Shown: piece after piece, positions 48,430 to 57,627 of the stretch
Layout: each line of letters begins with the position of its first letter
Numbering within the stretch: position 1 is the first letter of the stretch
Assembly: GCA_038109055.1 (NCBI GenBank)
Contig: JAYNIM010000001.1
Coordinates: forward strand, 71,045 to 135,044
Direction of reading: 5' to 3'
Length of the DNA: 64,000 bases
From: a bacterium
GTDB taxonomy: Bacteria; Margulisbacteria; Marinamargulisbacteria; GCA-2716485; JAYNIM01
Program-made: the position numbers and the translations under genes
The notes under the pieces: model-generated
What the model was told of the DNA's origin: nothing
Database searches by the model: none
What the model saw: only the letters and a program-made list of their open reading frames with translations

Positions 48430-49785
48430 ATGACGATTCAGAAGCAAAAGGATGCAGTATTAAAGGCTTTATCGGCAATTATTGATCCTGATTTGAACCA
48501 GGATATTGTATCTTTGGGTTTTGTAAAGGATTTAGTTGTGACAGACAAGGGGGCAGTGTCTTTTGCTATCGAATTAACGACCCCTGCTTGTCCGGTGAAA
48601 GATGAGTTTAAAGCGGAGGCGCAGCGTTTGGTTGACGCTTTGGATTGGGTAACAGCTGTTTCAATCACGATGACGGCTCAGACCCCTAAGGCCAGAGCGG
48701 ATCAAATGAAGGGCTTTGCTAAGGTTGGAAGTATTATTGCAGTAGCGAGTTGCAAGGGTGGGGTAGGAAAATCAACCGTAGCCGTTAATTTGGCAGCGGC
48801 CTTATCTAAAAAAGGGGCGAAGGTAGGCCTTTTTGATGCTGATATTTATGGACCGAGTTTTTCAATGATGCTTCGTCTTGATGATACCCAACCTAAATTG
48901 GAGGGGAAGTATTTACTGCCCTATGATTACGAAGGGATGAAGCTGATGTCTTTGTCATATTTAAAACAAGGAGCAGAGGATGATGCGCCGGCTATCTTGC
49001 GTGGTCCGATGGTAAGTCAGTTGATCACACAATTATTGTCTCAGACAAAGTGGGGCGAATTGGATTATTTGATTTTAGATATGCCGCCAGGAACGGGAGA
49101 TATTCAGTTAACAATAGGACAATTATTGAAATTATCTGCCGCTGTGATGGTTACAACCCCTCAGATGGTGTCTATGATTGATGTTGTTAAAGGGATTGAG
49201 ATGTTTGATACCCTGAAGGTACCTACGATAGCAGCGGTTGAAAATATGAGTTTTATGAGAGTAGCTGGCAGTGATACGCCTATACACCCTTTTGGACAGG
49301 GGGCATTGTATTCTTTACGTTCTCAATATGGTTTTGAAAATACAGTTGCATTGCCTGTATTAGAGCTTGTTTCTCAGGCGGGAGATTCTGGTCGACCTTT
49401 ATTTTTTCAAGATCCAGATTCAGAGTTTTCAAGCTTGATTAAACGTTTGGCGGATCAAGTTGTGACAGAGTTAGCGAAACTTTTATATCATAAAATACCT
49501 TTACCCAAAATCGGTTATGCTGAGAAGCAGGGAGTTTTGTTTAAATATGAAGGGCGTGAAGGTTTTGCTATACCGGTTGATCGATTACGTGCTGCCTGTT
49601 GTTGTGCGCATTGTAAAGATGAATTAACTGGCAAACAACTTTATGATCCGTCCACAATGCCGGCAGATTTACATCCTTTAAGTATGAATCCTGTGGGTAA
49701 TTATGCTTTGGGTGTTAATTGGAGTGATGGACATGCCTCTTTATATCCCTATAAGTCTGTGGAAGCATTGTTAGTCTCTCCATAA
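48430..49785 (+). CDS. Fe-S cluster carrier ATPase Mrp/ApbC with HCF101-type architecture (DUF59 + P-loop + DUF971)
   Basis: DPDLNQDIVSLGFVK...LTTPACP, ASCKGGVGKST, DADIYGPS, DMPPGTGD, and C-terminal CCCAHC...PVGNYALGVNWSDGH. Confidence 0.92.
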   Translation: MTIQKQKDAVLKALSAIIDPDLNQDIVSLGFVKDLVVTDKGAVSFAIELTTPACPVKDEFKAEAQRLVDALDWVTAVSITMTAQTPKARADQMKGFAKVGSIIAVASCKGGVGKSTVAVNLAAALSKKGAKVGLFDADIYGPSFSMMLRLDDTQPKLEGKYLLPYDYEGMKLMSLSYLKQGAEDDAPAILRGPMVSQLITQLLSQTKWGELDYLILDMPPGTGDIQLTIGQLLKLSAAVMVTTPQMVSMIDVVKGIEMFDTLKVPTIAAVENMSFMRVAGSDTPIHPFGQGALYSLRSQYGFENTVALPVLELVSQAGDSGRPLFFQDPDSEFSSLIKRLADQVVTELAKLLYHKIPLPKIGYAEKQGVLFKYEGREGFAIPVDRLRAACCCAHCKDELTGKQLYDPSTMPADLHPLSMNPVGNYALGVNWSDGHASLYPYKSVEALLVSP

Positions 49786-49789
49786 ATAG

Positions 49790-49820
49790 AGATCTTCAGG
49801 TGCTAAACACCTGAAGATCT
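49790..49820. terminator. Hairpin between convergent genes, probable intrinsic terminator
   Basis: Perfect 13-bp stem AGATCTTCAGGTG-CTAAA-CACCTGAAGATCT just after the Mrp stop codon. Confidence 0.85.
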
Positions 49821-49851
49821 TTATGGTTAGTTAATGATGTTGAGTATTACT

Positions 49852-50097
49852 CTAGGTATCAAAATGATTATATAGATATCCTAAGAAGTAAAATAATACA
49901 AAGCCTAGAATGAATCCATAAACCAAACCTAAAATTGCTCCCACAAAACTTACGGAATATACAGGGAATAAGCCTGCTAGTATGTTGATATAGGCTAAGC
50001 CGTAGCCGGATATAACACCTAAAAGAGTAATAATAAATATAAAAACACCATACAGGACACCGCCTGCCATACCGAGTGACATTGGGTTTAATTTCAT
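49852..50097 (-). CDS. Small membrane protein (2 TM, Gly-rich)
   Basis: 81-aa hydrophobic ORF, MKLNPMSLGMAGGVLYG...GAILGLVYGF; purine-rich RBS. Confidence 0.75.
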   Translation of the reverse strand: MKLNPMSLGMAGGVLYGVFIFIITLLGVISGYGLAYINILAGLFPVYSVSFVGAILGLVYGFILGFVLFYFLGYLYNHFDT

Positions 50098-50202
50098 TAC
50101 CTTTCCCCCTTAGATCAGTGTAGTTAAAGCTGACCTTATATTGTTATACCCATTTATTGCTCTAATTAAACATTTTTATTATTTTGCTTGGTAAATGTGT
50201 GA

Positions 50203-50550
50203 TTAGTTTGAATTATATTGATGCCAAAATGACTGTGGATTGGATATATCTAATTCTTCATTGTTGGTATTTCTCGCATTTTTATTCATGTAATTTTCAG
50301 GTGGCTCGTTATAATAATAGTCATCAATATTTTCTTCTGTGATTTCGGGATGATCATAATCTCTACGTTCAGACTGTTCTTGACTGTCATTGGGATACGT
50401 ATTTATAGGTTCTTCAGCAATATTTTGCTGAATAAGGTCTTTATTGTTTTTTAAAATTTCTTCATCGTATACATTTTGTTGAAATTGAGCGACGCTAGAT
50501 ATATGGTTTAAGACGATTAGAATACAAATAAGAATAGCGATTTTTCCCAT
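50203..50550 (-). CDS. Hypothetical exported acidic/low-complexity protein
   Basis: Signal-like N-terminus and N/E/D/Q-rich body; its start abuts the pstS stop. Confidence 0.6.
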   Translation of the reverse strand: MGKIAILICILIVLNHISSVAQFQQNVYDEEILKNNKDLIQQNIAEEPINTYPNDSQEQSERRDYDHPEITEENIDDYYYNEPPENYMNKNARNTNNEELDISNPQSFWHQYNSN

Positions 50551-51569
50551 TATTTAATGGGTTTTTTATTATATGTCAGTGTTTCTAGTTGCTTAAGCGC
50601 ATTTTTTCGTACATTCTTAGGTAATCTTTTGTAGCCGAGTAAGGTTTTTGTCTTTTCATCGTTGATTAACCATAGGAGTAGTTTTTTTAGCTCAATTGCT
50701 TCTTTTTTTGACATTTCTTTAGAGCTCAAGTTTTGTTTAAGTATAATCCAAGAAAAAGAGGTGATGGGGTAGGCGGTTGGTTGTTTTGCATTAGTAAGAA
50801 TAAGTTTACTGTCCATGATGTCTTTATCTTCGAATGATTTTTCTAATGCGTCTCTTGTTGGTTTAATATAATTCCCATGGTTATTTTTTATATTAGCTGT
50901 GTAGGTGTTCTGTTTTTTTGTGTAATCAAGTCCAACATAGGTGATGCCTCCCTGAATTTGGTGAAGTAGATCTATTGACTCTTGGCTGTCATTAGATCCT
51001 AACCCTACTGGAAAGTCGTGTTTTGCTTTTGTTCCCATTTGAGAGTTCCATTGTGAATCTGATTCACTAAGATAGTGTGAAAATATAAACGTACTGCCAC
51101 TATTATTTTTTCGATAGATAGGAATTATTTTTATATGAGGTAGATTTGTGTGAGGATTAATTTTTTTTATTAATGGATGATCCCAATAACGAATTTTACC
51201 TCTAAAAATTTTAGATAATAGCTCACTTGTTAAATTTAGTGTTGGAATATTCTCTAATTGATAGCAAATAGCAATCGCTGAAAAAGTAGAAGGGATCTGT
51301 AATATAGCGGTGTTTAAATGTTTTTGTAATGTTTTATTAATGATTAAATCTGAACCGGCAAAGTGTGTTTGATTGTTCTTTAGTGCTAAATAGCCTTGCC
51401 CTGACCCTATTCCTTTATAGTGTATTGTTACCTCAGAGTCGGGATAGTTTTTAAATAATTCGTTATAATAAATGGCCGGGTAAGTTGCCCCTTTTCCTAT
51501 AATTCTGACACTACCATATGTGTGAATATTGATTATTAATAAAACCAAAAGGATTGCTTTTGTTCTCAT
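50550..51569 (-). CDS. pstS: Phosphate ABC transporter substrate-binding protein
   Basis: GATYP, IGSGQG, FAGSD, RKNNSGSTFIF and AYPITSFSW. Confidence 0.92.
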   Translation of the reverse strand: MRTKAILLVLLIINIHTYGSVRIIGKGATYPAIYYNELFKNYPDSEVTIHYKGIGSGQGYLALKNNQTHFAGSDLIINKTLQKHLNTAILQIPSTFSAIAICYQLENIPTLNLTSELLSKIFRGKIRYWDHPLIKKINPHTNLPHIKIIPIYRKNNSGSTFIFSHYLSESDSQWNSQMGTKAKHDFPVGLGSNDSQESIDLLHQIQGGITYVGLDYTKKQNTYTANIKNNHGNYIKPTRDALEKSFEDKDIMDSKLILTNAKQPTAYPITSFSWIILKQNLSSKEMSKKEAIELKKLLLWLINDEKTKTLLGYKRLPKNVRKNALKQLETLTYNKKPIK

Positions 51570-51616
51570 TGTGGGATTCTAACATTCTACGTTTATTGTT
51601 TCAATCTTAAACAACA

Positions 51617-51640
51617 AAACCTCATCTTTCGATGAGGTTT
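51617..51640 (-). terminator. Intrinsic terminator downstream of the porin gene
   Basis: The minus strand reads AAACCTCATC-GAAA-GATGAGGTTT followed by a T-rich tail. Confidence 0.85.
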
Positions 51641-51682
51641 ATGTTGTTAAGGTTTACTTAAACTTGGTGAGTTAAGTGAAAC

Positions 51683-52744
51683 TTAGAAATTTGTACGAAG
51701 ACCAAAACGAATTGACTCTTCTTTACTTGCGTCTACTTTAGGATCTGATTCGTAGCTTTGGTAAACAAGATAGGCATTTGTTTTTTTCGTAAGGCCTGTT
51801 TCTGCAGCAACTTTGATTCCTTCATATGCTGAACCAGTAATAAAGGCTGTGTCATCTTCGAAAGAAAGTTTTGTGCTGGCATCGTTTGGTGTTCCAAATG
51901 AATTTGCTTCTACTTTTCTAGATTCAATTCTAGCATTCCAGCTGCCTAAACCTTGTACTTTTTTGTCACCAACTACAACACCAATCGCTTGGCTTTTACC
52001 TTTTGTTGTAGCTTTTCCGTTTTCGTTCATTTCTGCATAAACACTTACGTTGTTTACACCTGGAGAAGCGAAGTCACCTTTAATACCAAAAACGGTACTT
52101 TCTAGTTTGTTAGCTTCTGCAGCAGTGTCGCCGTCAAGTGTTTGGTAGATGGCAACATAACCTTCTGCTTTGATTGTGGGAGAAATTTCATAAGATACTT
52201 GTGGTTGGATACCGAAGAACTTTTCACCTTTAGTAGTGCTGCTGCCCACTGTTTGATATTCATCTAGTACACTGTAAGCAACATTTATTGAAAAATCAGC
52301 TTGAGGCGTGATTTTTGTTGTGTAGCTTCCACCAAGTATATCCAATTTCAAATCTGGATCGAATAAGACAGTGCTGTATGAAGTGAAAGGAAGTGCAGCG
52401 CGACCTAAAGTGACCTGTAGGCCAGGTGCTGCTTTCCATTCGATGTTTAATTCGTTTATGTTAACTGGTATTTGAGTTGTTTTTGTTGTGCTAGCCCAAG
52501 TTGATCTTCTATCACTTCCTGTGCCGATTTCGTAATTTACTTTGAATCCATCAGGTAAACGTTTGCTACCATTTAATTTTAGTGACTGCTGAATGCTTAC
52601 TGTGCTGTCTAGGCTGCCTATTTTTAGGCTTGTAATTCGGGCTTCGTGCTCGCCGTTAAAGTTTAAAAAACCCGCTTGAGCTTGTGTGGATAACAATGCT
52701 GTTGCAAGTAATCCTAATAATATTTTTTTATTTTGTTTAATCAT
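51683..52744 (-). CDS. Putative outer-membrane beta-barrel porin
   Basis: Signal peptide ending AQA, amphipathic beta-strands and C-terminal IRFGLRTNF; AAGGAG RBS; located within the pst locus. Confidence 0.75.
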   Translation of the reverse strand: MIKQNKKILLGLLATALLSTQAQAGFLNFNGEHEARITSLKIGSLDSTVSIQQSLKLNGSKRLPDGFKVNYEIGTGSDRRSTWASTTKTTQIPVNINELNIEWKAAPGLQVTLGRAALPFTSYSTVLFDPDLKLDILGGSYTTKITPQADFSINVAYSVLDEYQTVGSSTTKGEKFFGIQPQVSYEISPTIKAEGYVAIYQTLDGDTAAEANKLESTVFGIKGDFASPGVNNVSVYAEMNENGKATTKGKSQAIGVVVGDKKVQGLGSWNARIESRKVEANSFGTPNDASTKLSFEDDTAFITGSAYEGIKVAAETGLTKKTNAYLVYQSYESDPKVDASKEESIRFGLRTNF

Positions 52745-52927
52745 TATTTCTCCTTGTTAGTTTGAAATAGGTTTTTTTCTCTGTACATCACCTCTTTGTG
52801 GATACTATTGTGCAATCATACACTATTTTGTTTTTTAAACAAAGTTTTAGATATTTACCGGCTACTGTGTATGTTGATTAATGTTTTTTAATCTACTATA
52901 TTTGGATTCAATTATGTACGGATCAAT

Positions 52928-53812
52928 TTGCTCATGCCACATCTGAAACAAGAAAAATTGTTTGCCTTCCTTATTAAAGGGTCTGCATATCTGGGTATTT
53001 TGATTTTATGTTTGTTTTTTGTTACCTTGTTTTACCAGTCTTGGCTTTCTTTAACGTCCATGGGTTTTTCTTTTTTTACCCGAGGTGTTTGGGACCCTCT
53101 TAACCAGCATTTTGGTTCACTCCCTTTTTTGTATGGTACCTTGCTGACGTCATTATTATCCATATTTTTGTCATTGCCAGTGGCTTTGGCAGTAGCGTTG
53201 TTTTTGGGGTATTTTGTTAAGACTGGTTTTATCCGTTTTTTATTTTCAACGATGATTGAACTTTTGGCGGGAATTCCGTCTGTTATTTATGGGTTTTGGG
53301 CCTTGTTTGTTTTAGTGCCCTTGGTTCGTCAATTAGCTTTCTTTTTAGATGCACCTCCTTTTGGCGTATCTTTATTGTCTGCGTCTTTGGTTCTTGCAAT
53401 TATGATTATTCCTTATGCGGCTTCTTTTTCGAGAGAAGTTATTTCTTTGGTCCCTGCTGAGTTAAAGGAGGCGGCTATTTCCTTGGGGGCAACTAGATTT
53501 GAAGTTGTTCGTTATGTGATCTTTCCTTATGCTAAATCGGGTATTTTATCGGGTATTTTACTTTCATTTTCACGTGCTTTGGGCGAAACCATGGCGGTGA
53601 CGATGGTCATTGGGAATGCGAATCGTATTGTTTTTTCCCTTTTTGAACCAGGTAATACTATTGCTAGTCTTATAGCGAATGAATTTGCTGAAGCCACTAG
53701 TGATATGTATATTTCTGCGCTGATGCAGTTGGGATTTTTATTGTTGTTTGTGACGGTAGGGGTTAATTTCTTGGGTTTATTGTTGATTAAAAAATGGAAA
53801 GTTAAGTCATGA
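52928..53812 (+). CDS. pstC: Phosphate ABC permease
   Basis: ELLAGIPSVIYG, EAAISLGATR, RALGETMAV and IANEFAEA. Confidence 0.96.
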   Translation: MLMPHLKQEKLFAFLIKGSAYLGILILCLFFVTLFYQSWLSLTSMGFSFFTRGVWDPLNQHFGSLPFLYGTLLTSLLSIFLSLPVALAVALFLGYFVKTGFIRFLFSTMIELLAGIPSVIYGFWALFVLVPLVRQLAFFLDAPPFGVSLLSASLVLAIMIIPYAASFSREVISLVPAELKEAAISLGATRFEVVRYVIFPYAKSGILSGILLSFSRALGETMAVTMVIGNANRIVFSLFEPGNTIASLIANEFAEATSDMYISALMQLGFLLLFVTVGVNFLGLLLIKKWKVKS

Positions 53813-54651
53813 AAGCTGGCTCTGAAGTTTCTGTTCGAAAAGCGTTTGATCTATGTTTTGTGGGGCTGGTTTATCTTTTTTCTTCTCTTATTTTTTTACC
53901 GTTGATTGCTATTTTTGTTTATATGGTTATGAAAGGCTTGCCTGCGCTTTCTTTTGATTTGTTGACTCATTTGCCACGTCCGGTTGGGAGTGAATATTCG
54001 GGGATTTCTAATGCGATTGTAGGATCATTGATATTGATCGCTATTGCCTCATTGATCGCTGTTCCGTTAGGAATTTTGATTGGAATACATTTATATGAAT
54101 ATAAACAAGCCCGTATGACGGATATTTTGCGTTTATGTATGGATGTGTTGCAAGGAGTTCCTTCTATTATAGTGGGTATTGTGGTGTATGTATGGGTTGT
54201 GTTGCCTTTAAATTCTTTTTCAGCTTTGTCTGGTGGAATTGCATTGGCCTTGATGATGCTCCCTGTGATAGCACGTAGTACCGAAGAAACCATGAATTTA
54301 ATTTTACCTACGTATAAAGAAGCAGCTTTAGCTTTGGGCGTACCTTATTATACGGCTGTTTTTAAAGTGGTTTTACGTAGTGCGGGGAGTGGTGTGCTCA
54401 CCGGGATTGTTTTGTCTGTTGCGCGTATTGCGGGTGAAACAGCTCCCTTGTTGTTTACTGCATTTGGTAACCAATTTATGTCTTATAATGTTTTTAAACC
54501 TATTTTGGCCTTACCTTTATTGATTTTTAATTATGCAACGAGTCCTTATGAAGAGTGGCAAGCGATTGCCTGGGGGGCAGCCTTGTTATTGATTTTGTTT
54601 ATCTTTATGCTTAGTATTGGAGTAAAATTACTTAGTTATGAAAAAAAATAA
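53809..54651 (+). CDS. pstA: Phosphate ABC permease
   Basis: GVPSIIVG, EAALALG and ARIAGETAPLLFT. Confidence 0.96.
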   Translation: MKAGSEVSVRKAFDLCFVGLVYLFSSLIFLPLIAIFVYMVMKGLPALSFDLLTHLPRPVGSEYSGISNAIVGSLILIAIASLIAVPLGILIGIHLYEYKQARMTDILRLCMDVLQGVPSIIVGIVVYVWVVLPLNSFSALSGGIALALMMLPVIARSTEETMNLILPTYKEAALALGVPYYTAVFKVVLRSAGSGVLTGIVLSVARIAGETAPLLFTAFGNQFMSYNVFKPILALPLLIFNYATSPYEEWQAIAWGAALLLILFIFMLSIGVKLLSYEKK

Positions 54652-55405
54652 TCGTGTTATTTTAGATATACAACATTTAAGTGTTTCTATACATGGTCAG
54701 CCTATTTTGAAAGATATTTCCATGCAGGTTTTGGAAAATAAAGTGACGGCTATTATGGGGCCGTCAGGTTGTGGGAAAAGTACGATGATTCGTTGTATTA
54801 ATCGTATGGACTTGTTGACTGAGGGGATGCTTCGTCGGGGACTTGTAACTTTGGATGGGCGTTCGATTGATGAGATTGATCCTATTCTTTTGCGTCGTCA
54901 GGTTGGGATGGTATTTCAGAGGCCGAATCCCTTTCCAACTATGAGTATCTTTGAGAATGTCTTGGCTGCTTATTTATTAAATGGTATTAAATTATCTGTT
55001 TCAGAGAAAGAGGAAATTGTTCAGGAATGTTTAGAGTCTGTCGGTTTGTGGGATGAGGTTAAAGACAATTTGAAACGCAAGGGAACATTTTTATCTGGAG
55101 GGCAACAACAGCGTTTGTGTATTGCTCGTTCCTTGGCTTGTAAACCTAAGGTGTTATTACTTGATGAACCTACCTCTGCTCTAGATCCTAAAGCAACCGC
55201 AAGGAATGAGCAGTTAATTAAAAAACTTAAAAATACAGTGACAATTTTATTGGTTACACATAACATTTCGCAGGCAGCACGTGTGTCGGATAGAACTGCC
55301 TTTTTATATTTAGGTGAGTTGGTTGAATATGATAAAACATCGATTATGTTTACCTCGCCTAAGGATCCTCGTACGGATCAATATTTAACAGGAAAATTTG
55401 GCTGA
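54638..55405 (+). CDS. pstB: Phosphate ABC ATPase
   Basis: GPSGCGKST, VGMVFQRPNPF, LSGGQQQRLCIAR and YLTGKFG. Confidence 0.97.
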   Translation: MKKNNRVILDIQHLSVSIHGQPILKDISMQVLENKVTAIMGPSGCGKSTMIRCINRMDLLTEGMLRRGLVTLDGRSIDEIDPILLRRQVGMVFQRPNPFPTMSIFENVLAAYLLNGIKLSVSEKEEIVQECLESVGLWDEVKDNLKRKGTFLSGGQQQRLCIARSLACKPKVLLLDEPTSALDPKATARNEQLIKKLKNTVTILLVTHNISQAARVSDRTAFLYLGELVEYDKTSIMFTSPKDPRTDQYLTGKFG

Positions 55406-55429
55406 TAACCTTGTTATATCATTTAAGGA

Positions 55430-56098
55430 GTGTATATGTTATTAGAAAAAGAACTTAAAAAACTAGAATCTAAATTATCCGTCCTAGCAGACGCTGTTGA
55501 AGAAAATTTTAGGCAGGCGATTCGTGCTATGCTTGATCATGATGTTCCTTTGGCGGATCGTGTCATTGCCAAAGATGCTGAAATTGATCAGTTAGAAATT
55601 GAAGTTGAGGAAGAATGTTTGAAAGTTTTGGCCTTGTATCAGCCAGTGGCGATGGATTTACGTTTTATTATTGCTATTCTAAAAATTAACAATGATTTAG
55701 AGCGCATTGGGGATTTGTCTGAAAGTGTGGCGAAGAGAGCTAAAACGATTATGGTGTCTAAAGATACCTTTGAAAATACGGATTATAATATGATGTTAGA
55801 AAAAGCTTTTGATATGTTCAAACAAAGTTTAACTGCTTTTTCATCTAAGGATGTTGCCATTTCTAGGAAGGTGATTGGTATGGATTTTGAAGTGAATGAG
55901 TACAGAGGGCGGCTTTTTTCAGAGCTTCGAGAGAGTATTGATCAACAGAATTTATCGGGTGACTTGACCTTGGCGCTGTTCTCTTTTGTTAATTGTGCTG
56001 AACGTATTGCGGATTTGTCTGTGAATATTGCCGAGGATACGATTTATTTGGTTGAAGGGAAAATTGTTCGACATAAAGACGTTGGTGTATTAGGTTAA
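55430..56098 (+). CDS. phoU: Phosphate signalling/transport regulator
   Basis: LYQPVAMDLR, DLERIGD and ERIADLSVNIAE. Confidence 0.96.
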   Translation: MYMLLEKELKKLESKLSVLADAVEENFRQAIRAMLDHDVPLADRVIAKDAEIDQLEIEVEEECLKVLALYQPVAMDLRFIIAILKINNDLERIGDLSESVAKRAKTIMVSKDTFENTDYNMMLEKAFDMFKQSLTAFSSKDVAISRKVIGMDFEVNEYRGRLFSELRESIDQQNLSGDLTLALFSFVNCAERIADLSVNIAEDTIYLVEGKIVRHKDVGVLG

Positions 56099-57625
56099 TC
56101 GTTTATTGAGCCACGTTTTTTTATTCTTTTTTTGTTGAATATAACCAAGATAGGCATTGTTTATTTCTGGATAGTCGCTGCGATAATGGGTGCCACGGCT
56201 TTCTTGTCTGATCAAAGCAGATTCGCAGATGAGTTTTGATAGCTCAAGGTAAACCTTTGTGTTGAATGACGTGTGTATAGAGTTGGGGAAAGTGTCGAGT
56301 TTGTTTTGAAGTGTGCTTAGACTTTTTTTATCTTTGAAAAGGCCGTTATATGTCCAATTTAGGTTTTTTATTTCTTTGATTATGTCTGCTTGATCTGTGT
56401 GTGTGTGGCGTGTTTTGGCTGATCTGAGTGAAGGATTGATGGGGCTGTGATTATTTTTGATAATATGTTCACTGGCTTGTTTTGCAAATACGATTCCTTC
56501 TAAAAGTGAATTTGAGGCTAGGCGATTAGCTCCGTGCACTCGGGTCGAGGCGCATTCACCGATGGCGTATAGATTTTTTATATTGGTATTTGCGTGGGTG
56601 TCTGTTTTGATGCCCCCGATGCTGTAATGGGCGGCAGGGTGGATGGGTAATAGGTCTTTTTCTAATGTGTAACCGTGTTTTTTGGCGTTTTTATAAAAAT
56701 TTGGAAAACGCTTTTCTAGGTTTTTTAGATGTCGAGTATCTAGTACTATGGGGCCATTATGTTTAGATTCTATTGCGATAGCTCTGGAGAGGACGTCTCT
56801 GGGGCCTAGTTCTTCTTGGAGGGTGTAATTTTTTAAAAATTGTTTTCCTTGTCTGTTTCTAATAATACCGCCTGCACCTCGTATGACTTCTGATATTAAA
56901 AAAGGCTTGTCTTCTTCTGTTTCTAAATAGACTGTGGGGTGAAATTGTGTGAATTCTAAATTTTCTAGTATGGCACCCGCTTGATAGGCTAAGTAAATAC
57001 CGTCCCCTTGGAGATCGCTAGGGGTACTACTGTATTTATAGAGTTGACTGTAACCACCTGTGGCTAAAATGGTATGGTTGGCAGATAGTTGGAGGCGAGA
57101 GTGTGATTTTGTGTGTGAGGCTATGATCCCCTGACATTGGTTGTTGTTGATGCATAAGTTTGTGACTTGGTAATGGTCATAAAGGGTGATATTGGGCTTT
57201 TTACTAAAATTTTTGTCTAGAGCCTCTTTGATTGAGGCACCTGTTTTATCTTTGTAATGGATAATGCGAGCTTTGCTATGGCCTGCTTCTAGTGCTAAGG
57301 TGAGATTGTTTTTTTCTGATGTGTCTAATTGAACGTTGATGTCTCTTAAAAATTCCAGTGCAGAGGGACTTTCTGAGATCATTAATTGAACCTGTTTTTC
57401 ATCGCACAGATTACGACCTACATTGAGGGTGTCTTGTATATGCAGATTTATTTCGTCTTTATTTTTAGTTGAAATAGCCATGCCACCCTGTGCCCATGAA
57501 GTGGCTGTTTTGTTTAGATCGTTTTTGCAAATGACTGCGATATTGAATTTTGCATCTGCTAAGGTGAGTGCTGCACAGAGTCCTGAAATTCCGGCACCAA
57601 TGATGATGACATCCACATGTTTCAT
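56090..57625 (-). CDS. nadB: L-aspartate oxidase
   Basis: GAGISG, WAQGG, EAGHS, QFHPT, SEVIRG, AAHYSIGG and HGANRLASNSLLE. Confidence 0.95.
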   Translation of the reverse strand: MKHVDVIIIGAGISGLCAALTLADAKFNIAVICKNDLNKTATSWAQGGMAISTKNKDEINLHIQDTLNVGRNLCDEKQVQLMISESPSALEFLRDINVQLDTSEKNNLTLALEAGHSKARIIHYKDKTGASIKEALDKNFSKKPNITLYDHYQVTNLCINNNQCQGIIASHTKSHSRLQLSANHTILATGGYSQLYKYSSTPSDLQGDGIYLAYQAGAILENLEFTQFHPTVYLETEEDKPFLISEVIRGAGGIIRNRQGKQFLKNYTLQEELGPRDVLSRAIAIESKHNGPIVLDTRHLKNLEKRFPNFYKNAKKHGYTLEKDLLPIHPAAHYSIGGIKTDTHANTNIKNLYAIGECASTRVHGANRLASNSLLEGIVFAKQASEHIIKNNHSPINPSLRSAKTRHTHTDQADIIKEIKNLNWTYNGLFKDKKSLSTLQNKLDTFPNSIHTSFNTKVYLELSKLICESALIRQESRGTHYRSDYPEINNAYLGYIQQKKNKKTWLNKRLT

Positions 57626-57627
57626 GA

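Noticed and set aside
49852..50097. Small membrane protein as a phage holin marking a prophage
   Set aside because: There is no endolysin or other phage gene nearby; the context is housekeeping.
52745..52927. Pho box in the porin/pstC divergent region
   Set aside because: TTAA-containing half-sites at 52878 and 52888 are spaced 10 bp rather than 11 bp, and are unremarkable in AT-rich DNA.
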